Positions 16,613 to 24,839 of a stretch of DNA of 64,000 nt are shown one piece after another. Position 1 is the stretch's first letter, and each line of letters opens with the position of its first letter. The DNA is from a virus. The stretch lies in the IMG/VR virus record IMGVR_UViG_3300045988_137242, one strand, 5' to 3'. The translations under genes and the position numbers were made by a program. Under the pieces are notes generated by a model. It did no database searches, was not told where the DNA came from, and saw nothing but the letters and a program-made list of their open reading frames with translations.

Positions 16613-16828
16613 TTAATCTTCTTCTATCAACAGCTCGGGGTATCTCTTGACGAGGAGTCCACCATACAGGTTCTTTGTGATTGCCCTGATGTTACGTGCG
16701 AGTTCGGTGTTCGTCCGGTATGAAAGAGCATTGTAAACCATTGCTACATGGCATTCCGCTGTCTTGGCTATTAAAGGAATTTTGCTGTTCCTTACAAGAA
16801 TTTTTGGCTTATATATTATTTTATCCAT
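16613..16828 (-). CDS. Cro-like small HTH regulator (71 aa from MDKIIYK)
   Basis: Divergent from the CI-like gene. IAKTAECHVAMVYNALSYRTNTELARNIRAI looks like a helix-turn-helix. The start is trimmed from track ORF 16613-16921. Confidence 0.45.
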   Translation of the reverse strand: MDKIIYKPKILVRNSKIPLIAKTAECHVAMVYNALSYRTNTELARNIRAITKNLYGGLLVKRYPELLIEED

Positions 16829-16837
16829 AATTTTTAT

Positions 16838-16950
16838 TATATTTGCAACGTAAATGAATATACGATATATCATCGTGTAGAATACAGGTGCAAATATACA
16901 AGATTCTGAAGATACATCCAAATATTTAGATATATATGTCTATATATTTG
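16838..16950. promoter_or_regulatory. lysis-lysogeny switch region with face-to-face -7 boxes
   Basis: TATATTTGCA (16838-16847) and its perfect inverse TGCAAATATA (16889-16898) each contain TAnnTTTG on opposite strands. A third + strand TATATTTG lies at 16943-16950. Confidence 0.5.
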
Positions 16951-16992
16951 TATTTTATTTAATAATATTCAAAGATTTAAACATTGAGAATT

Positions 16993-17343
16993 ATGAGTTT
17001 GGCTGATAGGATTAATGAGGTGAGAGAGTATTATAAGCTGAGTGGCAATGCTTTAGCTGTTAGGATAGACATGAAGTACACTACGATATATAACTATCTG
17101 AACGGAAAAGACCCTTCTGCGGAGTTTCTTATACGCTTAAAATCCACGTTTGTGGATATAGACATGAACTGGCTGTTTACCGGGGAAGGCTCAATGTTGT
17201 TGAGTAAGGCGGTTACACCCGACAAGTTGATAAAGGAGCTTGCGGACACAAAGACGGAGCTGCTGATACAGAAGGGTGTAACGGATAGGCTGTGCAAGAT
17301 TATTGAGGAGAGACTGAGACTCGATGGGAATAAAGAAGTGTAG
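16993..17343 (+). CDS. CI-type repressor, HTH domain protein
   Basis: RINEVREYYKLSGNALAVRIDMKYTTIYNYLNGKDPSAEFLIRLKSTFVDIDMNWLFTGEG matches the phage CI repressor HTH pattern ending in WLxTGEG. ATG at 16993 is preferred over TTG at 16984. Confidence 0.65.
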   Translation: MSLADRINEVREYYKLSGNALAVRIDMKYTTIYNYLNGKDPSAEFLIRLKSTFVDIDMNWLFTGEGSMLLSKAVTPDKLIKELADTKTELLIQKGVTDRLCKIIEERLRLDGNKEV

Positions 17344-17353
17344 GGCGATTCTG

Positions 17354-17656
17354 CTAAAGTCCTTCCTGCAGCTTCATGTATTCTTCCTGCTGCTCTGTCA
17401 TACCCTTGATTAGAGCATCCTTGACCTTTGCGAAGAATTCTTTCTGCGTGTTTCCTCTATGGATAACTACGACATTAGGGATTTTGATTTTATTGATAAA
17501 GGAAACGTTTTTCCGTGACAAAAAGACGATGCACAATTCGTATTGCGACAAGTAAAGAATGTAGCTGTTCGATTTCTTCTCGTGCATTTCTTCATACTTG
17601 AAACCTCTTTTGTCAAGAAAGTGTTTTATTTTATTGAATTTCAACTCGGCTTTCAT
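17354..17656 (-). CDS. hypothetical protein (100 aa from MKAELKF)
   Basis: Track ORF trimmed. The extremely AT-rich upstream part (17657-17797) looks like promoter DNA rather than coding sequence. Confidence 0.45.
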   Translation of the reverse strand: MKAELKFNKIKHFLDKRGFKYEEMHEKKSNSYILYLSQYELCIVFLSRKNVSFINKIKIPNVVVIHRGNTQKEFFAKVKDALIKGMTEQQEEYMKLQEGL

Positions 17657-18174
17657 AAAATCGAACTTTTTTATTTTAACACAATTATATTTTACATATA
17701 TATAATATATATTTATTATATTAATTAAGTTAATCAACTTAATCATGAATGGGCAATGTTTGCTGAGATTTGAGCAGAATTCCCCCTTACCCGCCAAGAC
17801 TGTTTTGTCTTTAGGTCGGGCAGGGGTTTTCTGCGGTCGTTATGAACGGTGTAAAGTCCCTTCGACTCTCGCTCCTCATGCCAATCAACAGCAATATTGG
17901 TGGTACAGATTTTCCGTGTTGTTACGTCCTTGCCCTGCTCTGTACATTCATTCCACAGGACCCTCTCATCGCAAGCCCAAAGAGGGTGTTTATTTTATAG
18001 TCTTGACGAAGTTGGTGTATTGAGCCGTCGCTAAGTCTTGACTTGTCTGTCGGGTTAAACAAAAGCCCTTTGACGAGAGCAAATTTATGTCGATTTTCGG
18101 TAGCTTCCAAGGATTGTTAAAATCGCTTTAAGAATTTAATTATATATAATTCGTAAACGATTATACGAAAATTA

Positions 18175-18552
18175 TTTGTGTTACACCTGTGTTATCATTA
18201 TCTTTGTAGGCGAAGAATAAGTTAATGGCAGTCAGAGAGATAGGTGAAATGTCTGATAATCCCAACGGAATCACAAAAATGTAAAAATTTACGCTTAAAA
18301 AAAGACATTTTATCCTTTGCTGAACGGCTGTAATTGCTTATAAATCAAGCTTTTACAGCCGTTCTTGCGTTTTTCGGGGGCTATATTTACGTGTTGACGA
18401 ACGTTCGTATACGTGTATACAATTTTGGATGCCGTAAAACCTTGGAAATCAGTACTATAGGCTTTTCTTCTACAAAAAGGTAGATTATTGTGTGTTACAT
18501 TTGTGTTACCCGTGATATGAGTTGTGATACCAAAAATCGCAATTTGTGTTAC
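18175..18552 (+). promoter_or_regulatory. candidate attP: two clusters of TGTGTTAC direct repeats flanking a 12-bp inverted-repeat core
   Basis: TGTGTTAC or one-mismatch variants occur at 18177, 18188, 18491, 18502, 18523 and 18545, all in the same orientation. Between the clusters lies GAACGGCTGTAA-n20-TTACAGCCGTTC at 18322-18365. Confidence 0.45.
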
Positions 18553-18567
18553 CAAAAAAGGAAGAAA

Positions 18568-19704
18568 ATGAAAGATGTAAATTTAAGTATTATTCACAAC
18601 AGAACTAAGCGAGGAACGCCTAAAAAGGCGGTTTCGGTGGAATTTCGCTTCACTTTGAATCGTGAACGGAAGTATGTCTCTACAGGCATTAAAGTTTGTG
18701 TCGGGCAGTTTTCTGACAAGCGTTGTGTTATCATCCGGCATCCCGAAGCGGACGAACTTAACAGGAAATTGGATATTATGTACCGAAGGATGCTTGAGGT
18801 GGTGCATAAGATGAACGAGGAAAAGGTGACGGACTTGTCTCGTCTGTCTGACTTCCTGCGTGCTGACGAGGGTGAGAGAATGTCGTTTGCGGAGTATTGC
18901 GAGAAGAGGAAGGAGGAGCGCAACGTGTGCGAGAATACGAGGAAGAGGTATGCGGTGTTTATCCGCTTCTTGAAGTCGTGGGGTAAGATTCATACGTTTG
19001 CGGATTGTAATGTGGCTAAGGTTAGGGCGATGGATGAATATCTGCACAAGATGGGGTTGTCGCAAGGTACGGTGTACAATTATCACAAATATCTAAAGCT
19101 CTTTATACATGATGCCGTTATTGACGGATATATTACGGAGAATCCTTATACTCGTCTGCCGTTCACTATTGCCAGGGGTGAGAAGCAGTATGTGGACTGC
19201 ATCAACGAGGAACAGTTTGACGCAATTAAAGGATTGCGCATCAAGACTGTACACATAAGGAAAGCGAGGGACTTGTTTTTGTTTCAATGTTATACAGGCT
19301 TGGCTTACTCGGACCTCATGTCGTTTGACTATGACAACTGCGAGGATATTGGTGGCAAGTTGTTCTATCATGCCAAGAGGACGAAGACGGACACGGATTT
19401 TGTTTTTCAATTGCTTCCTCCTGCGGTGGCTTTGTTGGAGAAGTATGACTATCTGTTGCCGAAGATGAGCAATCAGAAGTATAATGATTATCTGAAGGTG
19501 GTTGGCGGTTTGGTCGGTGTGTCTAATCTGCACAGCCACATGGGTAGGGCTACGGCTGCTACATTGTTTTTGTCGAAAGGCATGCCTATAAACATTGTGG
19601 CGAGGGTTCTTGGGCATACTACGCTGAAGCAGACTACGAGGTATGCGAGGACGCTGAATAAGGATGTGATGGGGGCTTTCGACAAGTTGGAAGGTAAGAT
19701 GTAG
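18568..19704 (+). CDS. int: tyrosine recombinase / phage integrase
   Basis: The C-terminal catalytic region HSHMGRATAATLFL...ARVLGHTTLKQTTRYAR contains HxxR, LGH and the Tyr. The N-terminal region is arm-binding-like. The start is trimmed to MKDVNLS. Confidence 0.85.
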   Translation: MKDVNLSIIHNRTKRGTPKKAVSVEFRFTLNRERKYVSTGIKVCVGQFSDKRCVIIRHPEADELNRKLDIMYRRMLEVVHKMNEEKVTDLSRLSDFLRADEGERMSFAEYCEKRKEERNVCENTRKRYAVFIRFLKSWGKIHTFADCNVAKVRAMDEYLHKMGLSQGTVYNYHKYLKLFIHDAVIDGYITENPYTRLPFTIARGEKQYVDCINEEQFDAIKGLRIKTVHIRKARDLFLFQCYTGLAYSDLMSFDYDNCEDIGGKLFYHAKRTKTDTDFVFQLLPPAVALLEKYDYLLPKMSNQKYNDYLKVVGGLVGVSNLHSHMGRATAATLFLSKGMPINIVARVLGHTTLKQTTRYARTLNKDVMGAFDKLEGKM

Positions 19705-19716
19705 GGGCAATAAAAA

Positions 19717-19753
19717 AAGGGACAGCCGTGTGTTTTTCTTACGGCTGTCCCTT
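19717..19753. terminator. bidirectional hairpin terminator between convergent genes
   Basis: AAGGGACAGCCGT-n11-ACGGCTGTCCCTT forms a 13-bp perfect stem, A-rich before and T-rich after. Confidence 0.75.
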
Positions 19754-19756
19754 TTC

Positions 19757-20155
19757 TTAGATGTTGTCTCGTTCCCTTTTCTCACGGATGGCTTGGCGGA
19801 TAAACTCGTTGCTCTTGCCTATCATGCTTTGCAGGAACTCGTACATTTCGTCATCGGCACGGAAGAATACAAGGTTTGTGAGTGCTTTCGGTCCGATGGG
19901 CTTTCGTCCGCTTCCCTTTCTGCGTCCTCCCCAATTAGGGTGAATGTTCAGTTTCTTGGGGTTGCCCTTGCGTGTGAGCTGCATCTTCATCTTCAGCTTG
20001 TCTTTAGAGTAGACTTCGGCTGTGATGGCATCGGGCGTGGAGCGCAGGCATGAAGCGACGATAGCTTCAAGATTCTTGGCATTTGAGTATACCACTTCTG
20101 TTTCGTCCACTATCAACAGGTCATCATAGAGGACTACTCTCGCTTTGTTGCTCAT
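19757..20155 (-). CDS. hypothetical DNA-binding protein (possible RHH-type regulator or excision factor)
   Basis: A GGRRKGSGRKP basic segment is followed by VFFRADDEMYEFLQSMIGKSNEFIRQAIREK, which is ribbon-helix-helix-like. Convergent with int. Confidence 0.4.
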   Translation of the reverse strand: MSNKARVVLYDDLLIVDETEVVYSNAKNLEAIVASCLRSTPDAITAEVYSKDKLKMKMQLTRKGNPKKLNIHPNWGGRRKGSGRKPIGPKALTNLVFFRADDEMYEFLQSMIGKSNEFIRQAIREKRERDNI

Positions 20156-20156
20156 C

Positions 20157-20225
20157 TTATCCTAATATTGCTATAATGATAGTGATGAAGAACACTATCA
20201 AGATAAACCATTCCTTTTTGCTCAT
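20157..20225 (-). CDS. possible 22-aa membrane peptide
   Basis: MSKKEWFILIVFFITIIIAILG. Its ATG overlaps the upstream stop (ATGA), and its stop lies 1 nt from the next start. Confidence 0.3.
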   Translation of the reverse strand: MSKKEWFILIVFFITIIIAILG

Positions 20226-20485
20226 CGTATACCGTCTGTTGGTTCTATTGTCTTTATTTCTTCTATTCCTTCGTCCTCGGTGAAGAATCTTGTCTTGTGC
20301 TCGTCTGCGTATGCGACTGCGACAACTTCTTCTTTGCTGTCCTTGATTACGCACAAGTCTCCTCTTAGTATTCCTTGTCTGTCAAGGTAGTTTATAGCTG
20401 CGCTCTTTATCTCCAATGGGTTCATCTTCTTTGTTATCGTCTCTCCGCTCTCGGGAAAGACGAAATAGAATATTTGCTTTTTCAT
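20222..20485 (-). CDS. hypothetical protein (87 aa)
   Basis: Track ORF. 4-nt overlap with the upstream gene. Confidence 0.5.
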   Translation of the reverse strand: MKKQIFYFVFPESGETITKKMNPLEIKSAAINYLDRQGILRGDLCVIKDSKEEVVAVAYADEHKTRFFTEDEGIEEIKTIEPTDGIR

Positions 20486-20871
20486 GCTGTTTTCTCCTCT
20501 TTTGTTTTGTTGTAAAATATTAATCCGAATCCTCTGTGTGTGACTTCTATTTCCGCATAGGTGTTTTCATCGAAGTCTCCTGTTTGCTGCTGCTTGATGT
20601 CGAAGACATCTGTCTGTAGCAGGTCTTCAAGCATTTCGTTGTTTATGCTTGTTGCCGTTCCTGTTTCGAGTGTGCAGGGGAAAAGGCGGTCTATGCGGAC
20701 AAAGTATTTGTGGAACGTGACCTGTACAGGATGCACGATACCGCAATATCCGCAATATCTTTTCAGAAAGCCGTCTCTTGTGGTGTTGACGGAATATCCG
20801 TGCTTGAATAGACGAGAGAGAACGGCTTTCTTTATTCTTCTGTCTATCTCTATCGGTTTGACGTGTATCAT
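20482..20871 (-). CDS. hypothetical protein (129 aa)
   Basis: Track ORF. 1-nt overlap with the PcfJ-like gene. Confidence 0.5.
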   Translation of the reverse strand: MIHVKPIEIDRRIKKAVLSRLFKHGYSVNTTRDGFLKRYCGYCGIVHPVQVTFHKYFVRIDRLFPCTLETGTATSINNEMLEDLLQTDVFDIKQQQTGDFDENTYAEIEVTHRGFGLIFYNKTKEEKTA

Positions 20872-22037
20872 TATGCTGCTTTCCTTTCTTTCTTTGTAAT
20901 TTTCTTTATCATGTTCATGTTCTCTGTTACGAGTTTCACTATCTGCGTGTGATATTTGCTCGGTTGGTTGTTCACTCCTCTACTCTGGACAATAGTAAAG
21001 CGTTTTAGGTTTACTTCTATCGTCTCGGTGTGCTTGCCGTTCACCTGTGCGGAGAGTATGAGTGTGTCTGCCTTCTTGTAATATCCCATGCCGAAGACGC
21101 AATGATGCATCAGTTCTCCTTCCTGCTTGAACTCCTTTACGCTCTTAAGAGGTCGGATAATGATTGTATCATCCGCAATGACGAGGTTGAGGAATTTCTT
21201 TATAAACTCCTTGTAGTGCTTCTGTGCTTCCTTGTCGGACATGGCTGCAAGTTCTCTTCTCCGCTTCTCCTCTGCAAGTTCTATCCTGTTCAGTCTGCGT
21301 GAATACAGATTATGTGCTGTCTGTAGGTTCTGCGGACATACATAGAATGGGTTGTGCGTGTCGTAATGGAGTTGCTTTGCCATGGTAACAACGTCTCTCC
21401 AAAGATTGTAGTCAAGTTCCTCTGTAAGGTAGCCGTGCTTCCATGCAAGTTTGACAATATCCTGCTCGTTCTGCAAGCGGTTAAGCAAGATAAGTTCGGC
21501 AATGCGTGGTTTCTGCTTGATGATAGTCTCAAGAAACGGAAATGTGTTTACGTTCAAATCGTCCGTGAGCCATACATAATGCTCGCCAATCAGACAGAAT
21601 TGGTTTTCTGTGTAATTGCAGATTGTGAGCTGCGCTTTCTTGCTACGGATGAAGAGTTTGGTGTATGATATGTCGGTTAGACGGTTGTAACCATAATTCT
21701 TCTTGTTTGTGCGTATTTCCAACGGACTGTCTTTAATGAATGTGTCGAAATAATTTTGTCCCATGGAAAAACGCTGTTTGGCTCTTACTGCGTTGCCGTG
21801 TTTGCTCATCCATACCTGCATGAACTCTTCGCATACGTTGTCTATCTTCTTGTGCTTGATGAAAGAGAAGTAGCGGAGTACGGTAAACTCCTGCTTCTGC
21901 TCCAACACGGCATAATAGCGTTTGCGGTTGTTCTGCTCTGTATGTTGGCAGAATTTGTCAATGATATATTTCGGCAATGGGCGAAGTGTCTTTGACAACT
22001 CGTTTGCCTGTCTTTGGATTTGGGTCTTTGGTTTCAT
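20871..22037 (-). CDS. PcfJ-like protein
   Basis: The C-terminal EGELMHHCVFGMGYYKKADTLILSAQVNGKHTETIEV...IVQSRG matches the recalled PcfJ-like domain signature. Confidence 0.55.
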   Translation of the reverse strand: MKPKTQIQRQANELSKTLRPLPKYIIDKFCQHTEQNNRKRYYAVLEQKQEFTVLRYFSFIKHKKIDNVCEEFMQVWMSKHGNAVRAKQRFSMGQNYFDTFIKDSPLEIRTNKKNYGYNRLTDISYTKLFIRSKKAQLTICNYTENQFCLIGEHYVWLTDDLNVNTFPFLETIIKQKPRIAELILLNRLQNEQDIVKLAWKHGYLTEELDYNLWRDVVTMAKQLHYDTHNPFYVCPQNLQTAHNLYSRRLNRIELAEEKRRRELAAMSDKEAQKHYKEFIKKFLNLVIADDTIIIRPLKSVKEFKQEGELMHHCVFGMGYYKKADTLILSAQVNGKHTETIEVNLKRFTIVQSRGVNNQPSKYHTQIVKLVTENMNMIKKITKKERKAA

Positions 22038-22303
22038 AATTTATATCTCCCTTGTTTTATCGCTTTCCCGAACATTGTCATCTGTGTTCGTCCGAAACTT
22101 TGTGTATCACTATAATAAGGCGTATAAGTCAAGCGTATATCTTCATCTTTATAGCTTTTCGCATAAATGAAATGGCTGCTTAATTTAACACCTTTCTTCA
22201 CGTAATGAATAAATGCCTTCTTCGCTTCTTTAAGCGTGCTATACTTTATCTCCTGTGAAATTACAGGATTAAAAATGCTAATAACATAATAATCTATCTT
22301 CAT
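22034..22303 (-). CDS. hypothetical protein (89 aa)
   Basis: Track ORF. 4-nt overlap. Confidence 0.5.
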   Translation of the reverse strand: MKIDYYVISIFNPVISQEIKYSTLKEAKKAFIHYVKKGVKLSSHFIYAKSYKDEDIRLTYTPYYSDTQSFGRTQMTMFGKAIKQGRYKL

Positions 22304-22315
22304 ATCATAATAATC

Positions 22316-22705
22316 TTAGAATAAACTTAGTTCTTGGCATTTCGGGTTCTTGCTCTCTTTCTTTTTTATAGTTACCTTGCGCTTTAGCTTTATTTCCTTT
22401 GCTACGGTGGTGGTCCGCTCCTCCTGCTTAGGCTGTTCGGTGGAAACATTGCTCGGTAGCTGCTCTACCTTGACGCTGTCCTCTTGATAGTAGTGGATTA
22501 TCTGCCCTGTCATGGATTCGTCGCTCCGTCCTACGCAACGGCATCTGCCTTTTCCGTTCTTGATTTCCTTGTATGCTTCACCTTGCAGATATTTGGCACA
22601 TTCATCCACTGACTTGTTGGGCTTGGATAATAGAGCCTTGAAGTCTGCATCCTTTGCGCTCTGCTGCTTTATCAGCATTTCAATGTATTTCTTTAGCTCG
22701 TCCAT
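22316..22705 (-). CDS. PcfK-like protein
   Basis: DADFKALLSKPNKSVDECAKYLQGEAY ... IIHYYQEDSVKV, followed by a basic tail. This matches the recalled PcfK-like pattern, and the gene is adjacent to the PcfJ-like gene, as I recall for conjugative elements. Confidence 0.55.
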   Translation of the reverse strand: MDELKKYIEMLIKQQSAKDADFKALLSKPNKSVDECAKYLQGEAYKEIKNGKGRCRCVGRSDESMTGQIIHYYQEDSVKVEQLPSNVSTEQPKQEERTTTVAKEIKLKRKVTIKKKESKNPKCQELSLF

Positions 22706-22711
22706 AATAAG

Positions 22712-23068
22712 TTAGGCTTTAAAGTTGTAAATCTTTTTAATTCTCTCTTTCTCTGCAATGAGTTTCGCTTTCAGAGTGTCCCATTTGCTTACTATAACTT
22801 CAAGTTCCGTGAAGGGCTGCTCATGTGTTCTCACAAGTGAGGTCAACGACTTTCGGCTGTTGTTGTTGTAGAAACAACTTTTCCCTCGGAGCGTGAAATC
22901 TCCTTGCGTCCTCGTCAGTTGTACCTTGCCGTTTTCTATTGCAAGTAGCGTTCTTGCACTCGGATATAAGATAATAACTATCTCCTTGCAGTTGTCGGAA
23001 ATCCATTGTTGGATGTCGTTCCAACAACGGATTAGCTGCATATTTTTGTTTACATCGGGTTTCTTCAT
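22712..23068 (-). CDS. hypothetical protein (118 aa)
   Basis: Track ORF. Confidence 0.5.
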   Translation of the reverse strand: MKKPDVNKNMQLIRCWNDIQQWISDNCKEIVIILYPSARTLLAIENGKVQLTRTQGDFTLRGKSCFYNNNSRKSLTSLVRTHEQPFTELEVIVSKWDTLKAKLIAEKERIKKIYNFKA

Positions 23069-23352
23069 TTGCTCTTTATCTTTAGTTCCTTACAGACTGT
23101 CTCCTTAATATCCTTGCTCATGTATTGGCGGTAGCACTTACCGCTTTTTGACTTGCGCCAAATATAGCATGCGCCTGTATATTTGTTTATCACTATCGGA
23201 TAGGCTTTGCCTTTTGACTCGAAATTGTATGGGGTAACTAACGTATCTCGTTCGGTCTTCCGTTGGCGAGTAAAGGTGTTGCCTTTTCTTATAGTTTGCC
23301 CTACTGCGCACATGGCGCAAAACAGGGCTGCGGTGATGATTAGATATTTCAT
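23065..23352 (-). CDS. secreted small protein (95 aa)
   Basis: N-terminal signal-like MKYLIITAALFCAMCAVGQ. Confidence 0.5.
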   Translation of the reverse strand: MKYLIITAALFCAMCAVGQTIRKGNTFTRQRKTERDTLVTPYNFESKGKAYPIVINKYTGACYIWRKSKSGKCYRQYMSKDIKETVCKELKIKSK

Positions 23353-23359
23353 AATTCTT

Positions 23360-23821
23360 TTAGTTTATATTGTCGCAAATTGCAATACGCAACCCTGCAC
23401 TGATGAGTTTTGGTAGGTAGGTGTCAAGTGCAGAGTAAGGGAATCCTGCCAAGCGCAATGGCTGTCCGTCTTCTTCTTTCATCGTGTTGTATCTTGTCAG
23501 CGTAATGTTGAGAATATCGGCAACGACTTCTGCGTCTTCGCTGTATGCTTCGTAAAAATCCCCTGTGCGGAACAATAGGGTACAGTCGGGGTGTTTCTCT
23601 TTTATGGATGCCCACCTTTCATGCAATGTCCTTTGCTCCTTTGGCTCATACTGTCTCTCTTTTGCCTTAATGTTCTTGCCAATCATGTAGCTAATCTCGC
23701 TCTCCTTGTATTTTAGCGTTTTGAACAGGTAGTCTTCAACTTCTGTTATGCTCCATGTGTCGGGGCAATTACAGATTTTCTCTACCGTGCATGTCTGATA
23801 GTTTAAAATTGCTATATCCAT
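23360..23821 (-). CDS. stand-alone MutS domain I (mismatch-binding domain) protein
   Basis: [42 protein letters not shown]...[27 protein letters not shown] aligns by eye to the E. coli MutS N-terminus, including the GDFYE Phe-x-Glu mismatch motif. None of the other MutS domains is present. Confidence 0.7.
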   Translation of the reverse strand: MDIAILNYQTCTVEKICNCPDTWSITEVEDYLFKTLKYKESEISYMIGKNIKAKERQYEPKEQRTLHERWASIKEKHPDCTLLFRTGDFYEAYSEDAEVVADILNITLTRYNTMKEEDGQPLRLAGFPYSALDTYLPKLISAGLRIAICDNIN

Positions 23822-23849
23822 AATCTATATGTTTAAGTTAATAAATAGT

Positions 23850-23894
23850 GCCGTTGGCGGTGTCGCTCCGCTATTGGTTTCTGTCCCCAACGGC
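23850..23894 (-). terminator. intercistronic hairpin
   Basis: GCCGTTGG-n29-CCAACGGC forms an 8-bp stem between two minus-strand genes. A T-rich stretch follows on the minus strand. Confidence 0.35.
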
Positions 23895-23901
23895 TATGGT
23901 T

Positions 23902-24174
23902 TCAAGCGTAAAACAATAGGGTTATAATGTTGTCTGTTGTTACCTGCCTAATCAGCAAGTTCGGGTCAATTGCATTTTTGCGGATGCTTACCGTGTAAGC
24001 TATATCCGTTATCTCTCCCTCCTGCATCTTGATATAGGCTTTCGTCTCTGTCCGATACAAGATTGTGTCTTTGCCGTTTATCTTGCCTGTTAGAGTATTA
24101 ATTAACTCTCTTCCTGTACCCTCGTCAAAGATTCTCTTCAACTCTGTAGGGCTGCTGCATCTGTATGTATTCAT
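23902..24174 (-). CDS. hypothetical protein (90 aa)
   Basis: Track ORF. Confidence 0.5.
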   Translation of the reverse strand: MNTYRCSSPTELKRIFDEGTGRELINTLTGKINGKDTILYRTETKAYIKMQEGEITDIAYTVSIRKNAIDPNLLIRQVTTDNIITLLFYA

Positions 24175-24434
24175 TTTCTGTAAAGTATTATTGATGTTCC
24201 GTCTAAATCTACGTCAAAACCTTGTATTTGGTTTCTTCTCTCTGCAATGGCTCCTGCAACTTCTCTCGCTAAAAAGGTGTAATAAGGTCGGATATATACG
24301 TATTCCTGTCTTATCAGTACTTGCACAGGGCAATTACTGATAGCTCCTGTTAGCTCGTTGCGGTATAAGCCAACATTGTAGATTTTGTTGTCAAATAAGG
24401 CTCTGATTTCTTCGGGGTTGATTACTTTTTCCAT
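24171..24434 (-). CDS. hypothetical protein (87 aa)
   Basis: Track ORF. 4-nt overlap. Confidence 0.5.
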   Translation of the reverse strand: MEKVINPEEIRALFDNKIYNVGLYRNELTGAISNCPVQVLIRQEYVYIRPYYTFLAREVAGAIAERRNQIQGFDVDLDGTSIILYRK

Positions 24435-24453
24435 ATCTGTAGTGTTTTTTTAA

Positions 24454-24768
24454 TTAAGCATGTGTTATAATTTCATTTGCAAGTATATACATTCTGCCTT
24501 TTCCGTATGTCTCAATGAACTCGTCTATAACATCATCAATGCTACAAGAGTCTGTAATTGTATTCCACTCTTTTGTGTGATGAAAAAATGAGCCGTAAGA
24601 GTACCAACATATCTTGTAATTCCATCCGATTGGCATGTAGCCGAACTCGTCAGGATTATACTCGCTACATATATATAGCTTGCAATAATTCCCCTTATGG
24701 GTTCTTATTTCATTTGTCGGTGCTATTGGAATATCCTTTCCATAGCCGTAAGTTATTCGTCCGTTCAT
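24454..24768 (-). CDS. hypothetical protein (104 aa)
   Basis: Track ORF. Confidence 0.5.
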   Translation of the reverse strand: MNGRITYGYGKDIPIAPTNEIRTHKGNYCKLYICSEYNPDEFGYMPIGWNYKICWYSYGSFFHHTKEWNTITDSCSIDDVIDEFIETYGKGRMYILANEIITHA

Positions 24769-24795
24769 TTCTTATCTCCTTTTTTGATTAGGTTT

Positions 24796-24839
24796 GGGGG
24801 CGGCTGCTTGCAGCCGTGGGGGGCGAAGCCCCTTATCCC
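24796..24839 (+). repeat. 44-nt double-hairpin element, copy A
   Basis: GGGGG-CGGCTGcttgCAGCCG-TGG-GGGGCgaaGCCCC-TTATCCC. The architecture is the same as at 27406-27449. Confidence 0.7.

Noticed and set aside
17745-18110. ORFs 17745-18023 (+) and 17922-18110 (-), and ORF 18310-18555 (-)
   Set aside because: They overlap hairpins and terminator-like stems (for example ACCCTCT-n14-AGAGGGT at about 17958-17985) and the candidate attP repeats. They contain no motifs. The region is treated as regulatory or non-coding.
18583-19785. Minus-strand ORFs (167, 109, 230, 65 aa) antisense to the integrase
   Set aside because: The integrase frame carries clear catalytic motifs. The antisense frames are Arg/Leu/His-rich shadows.
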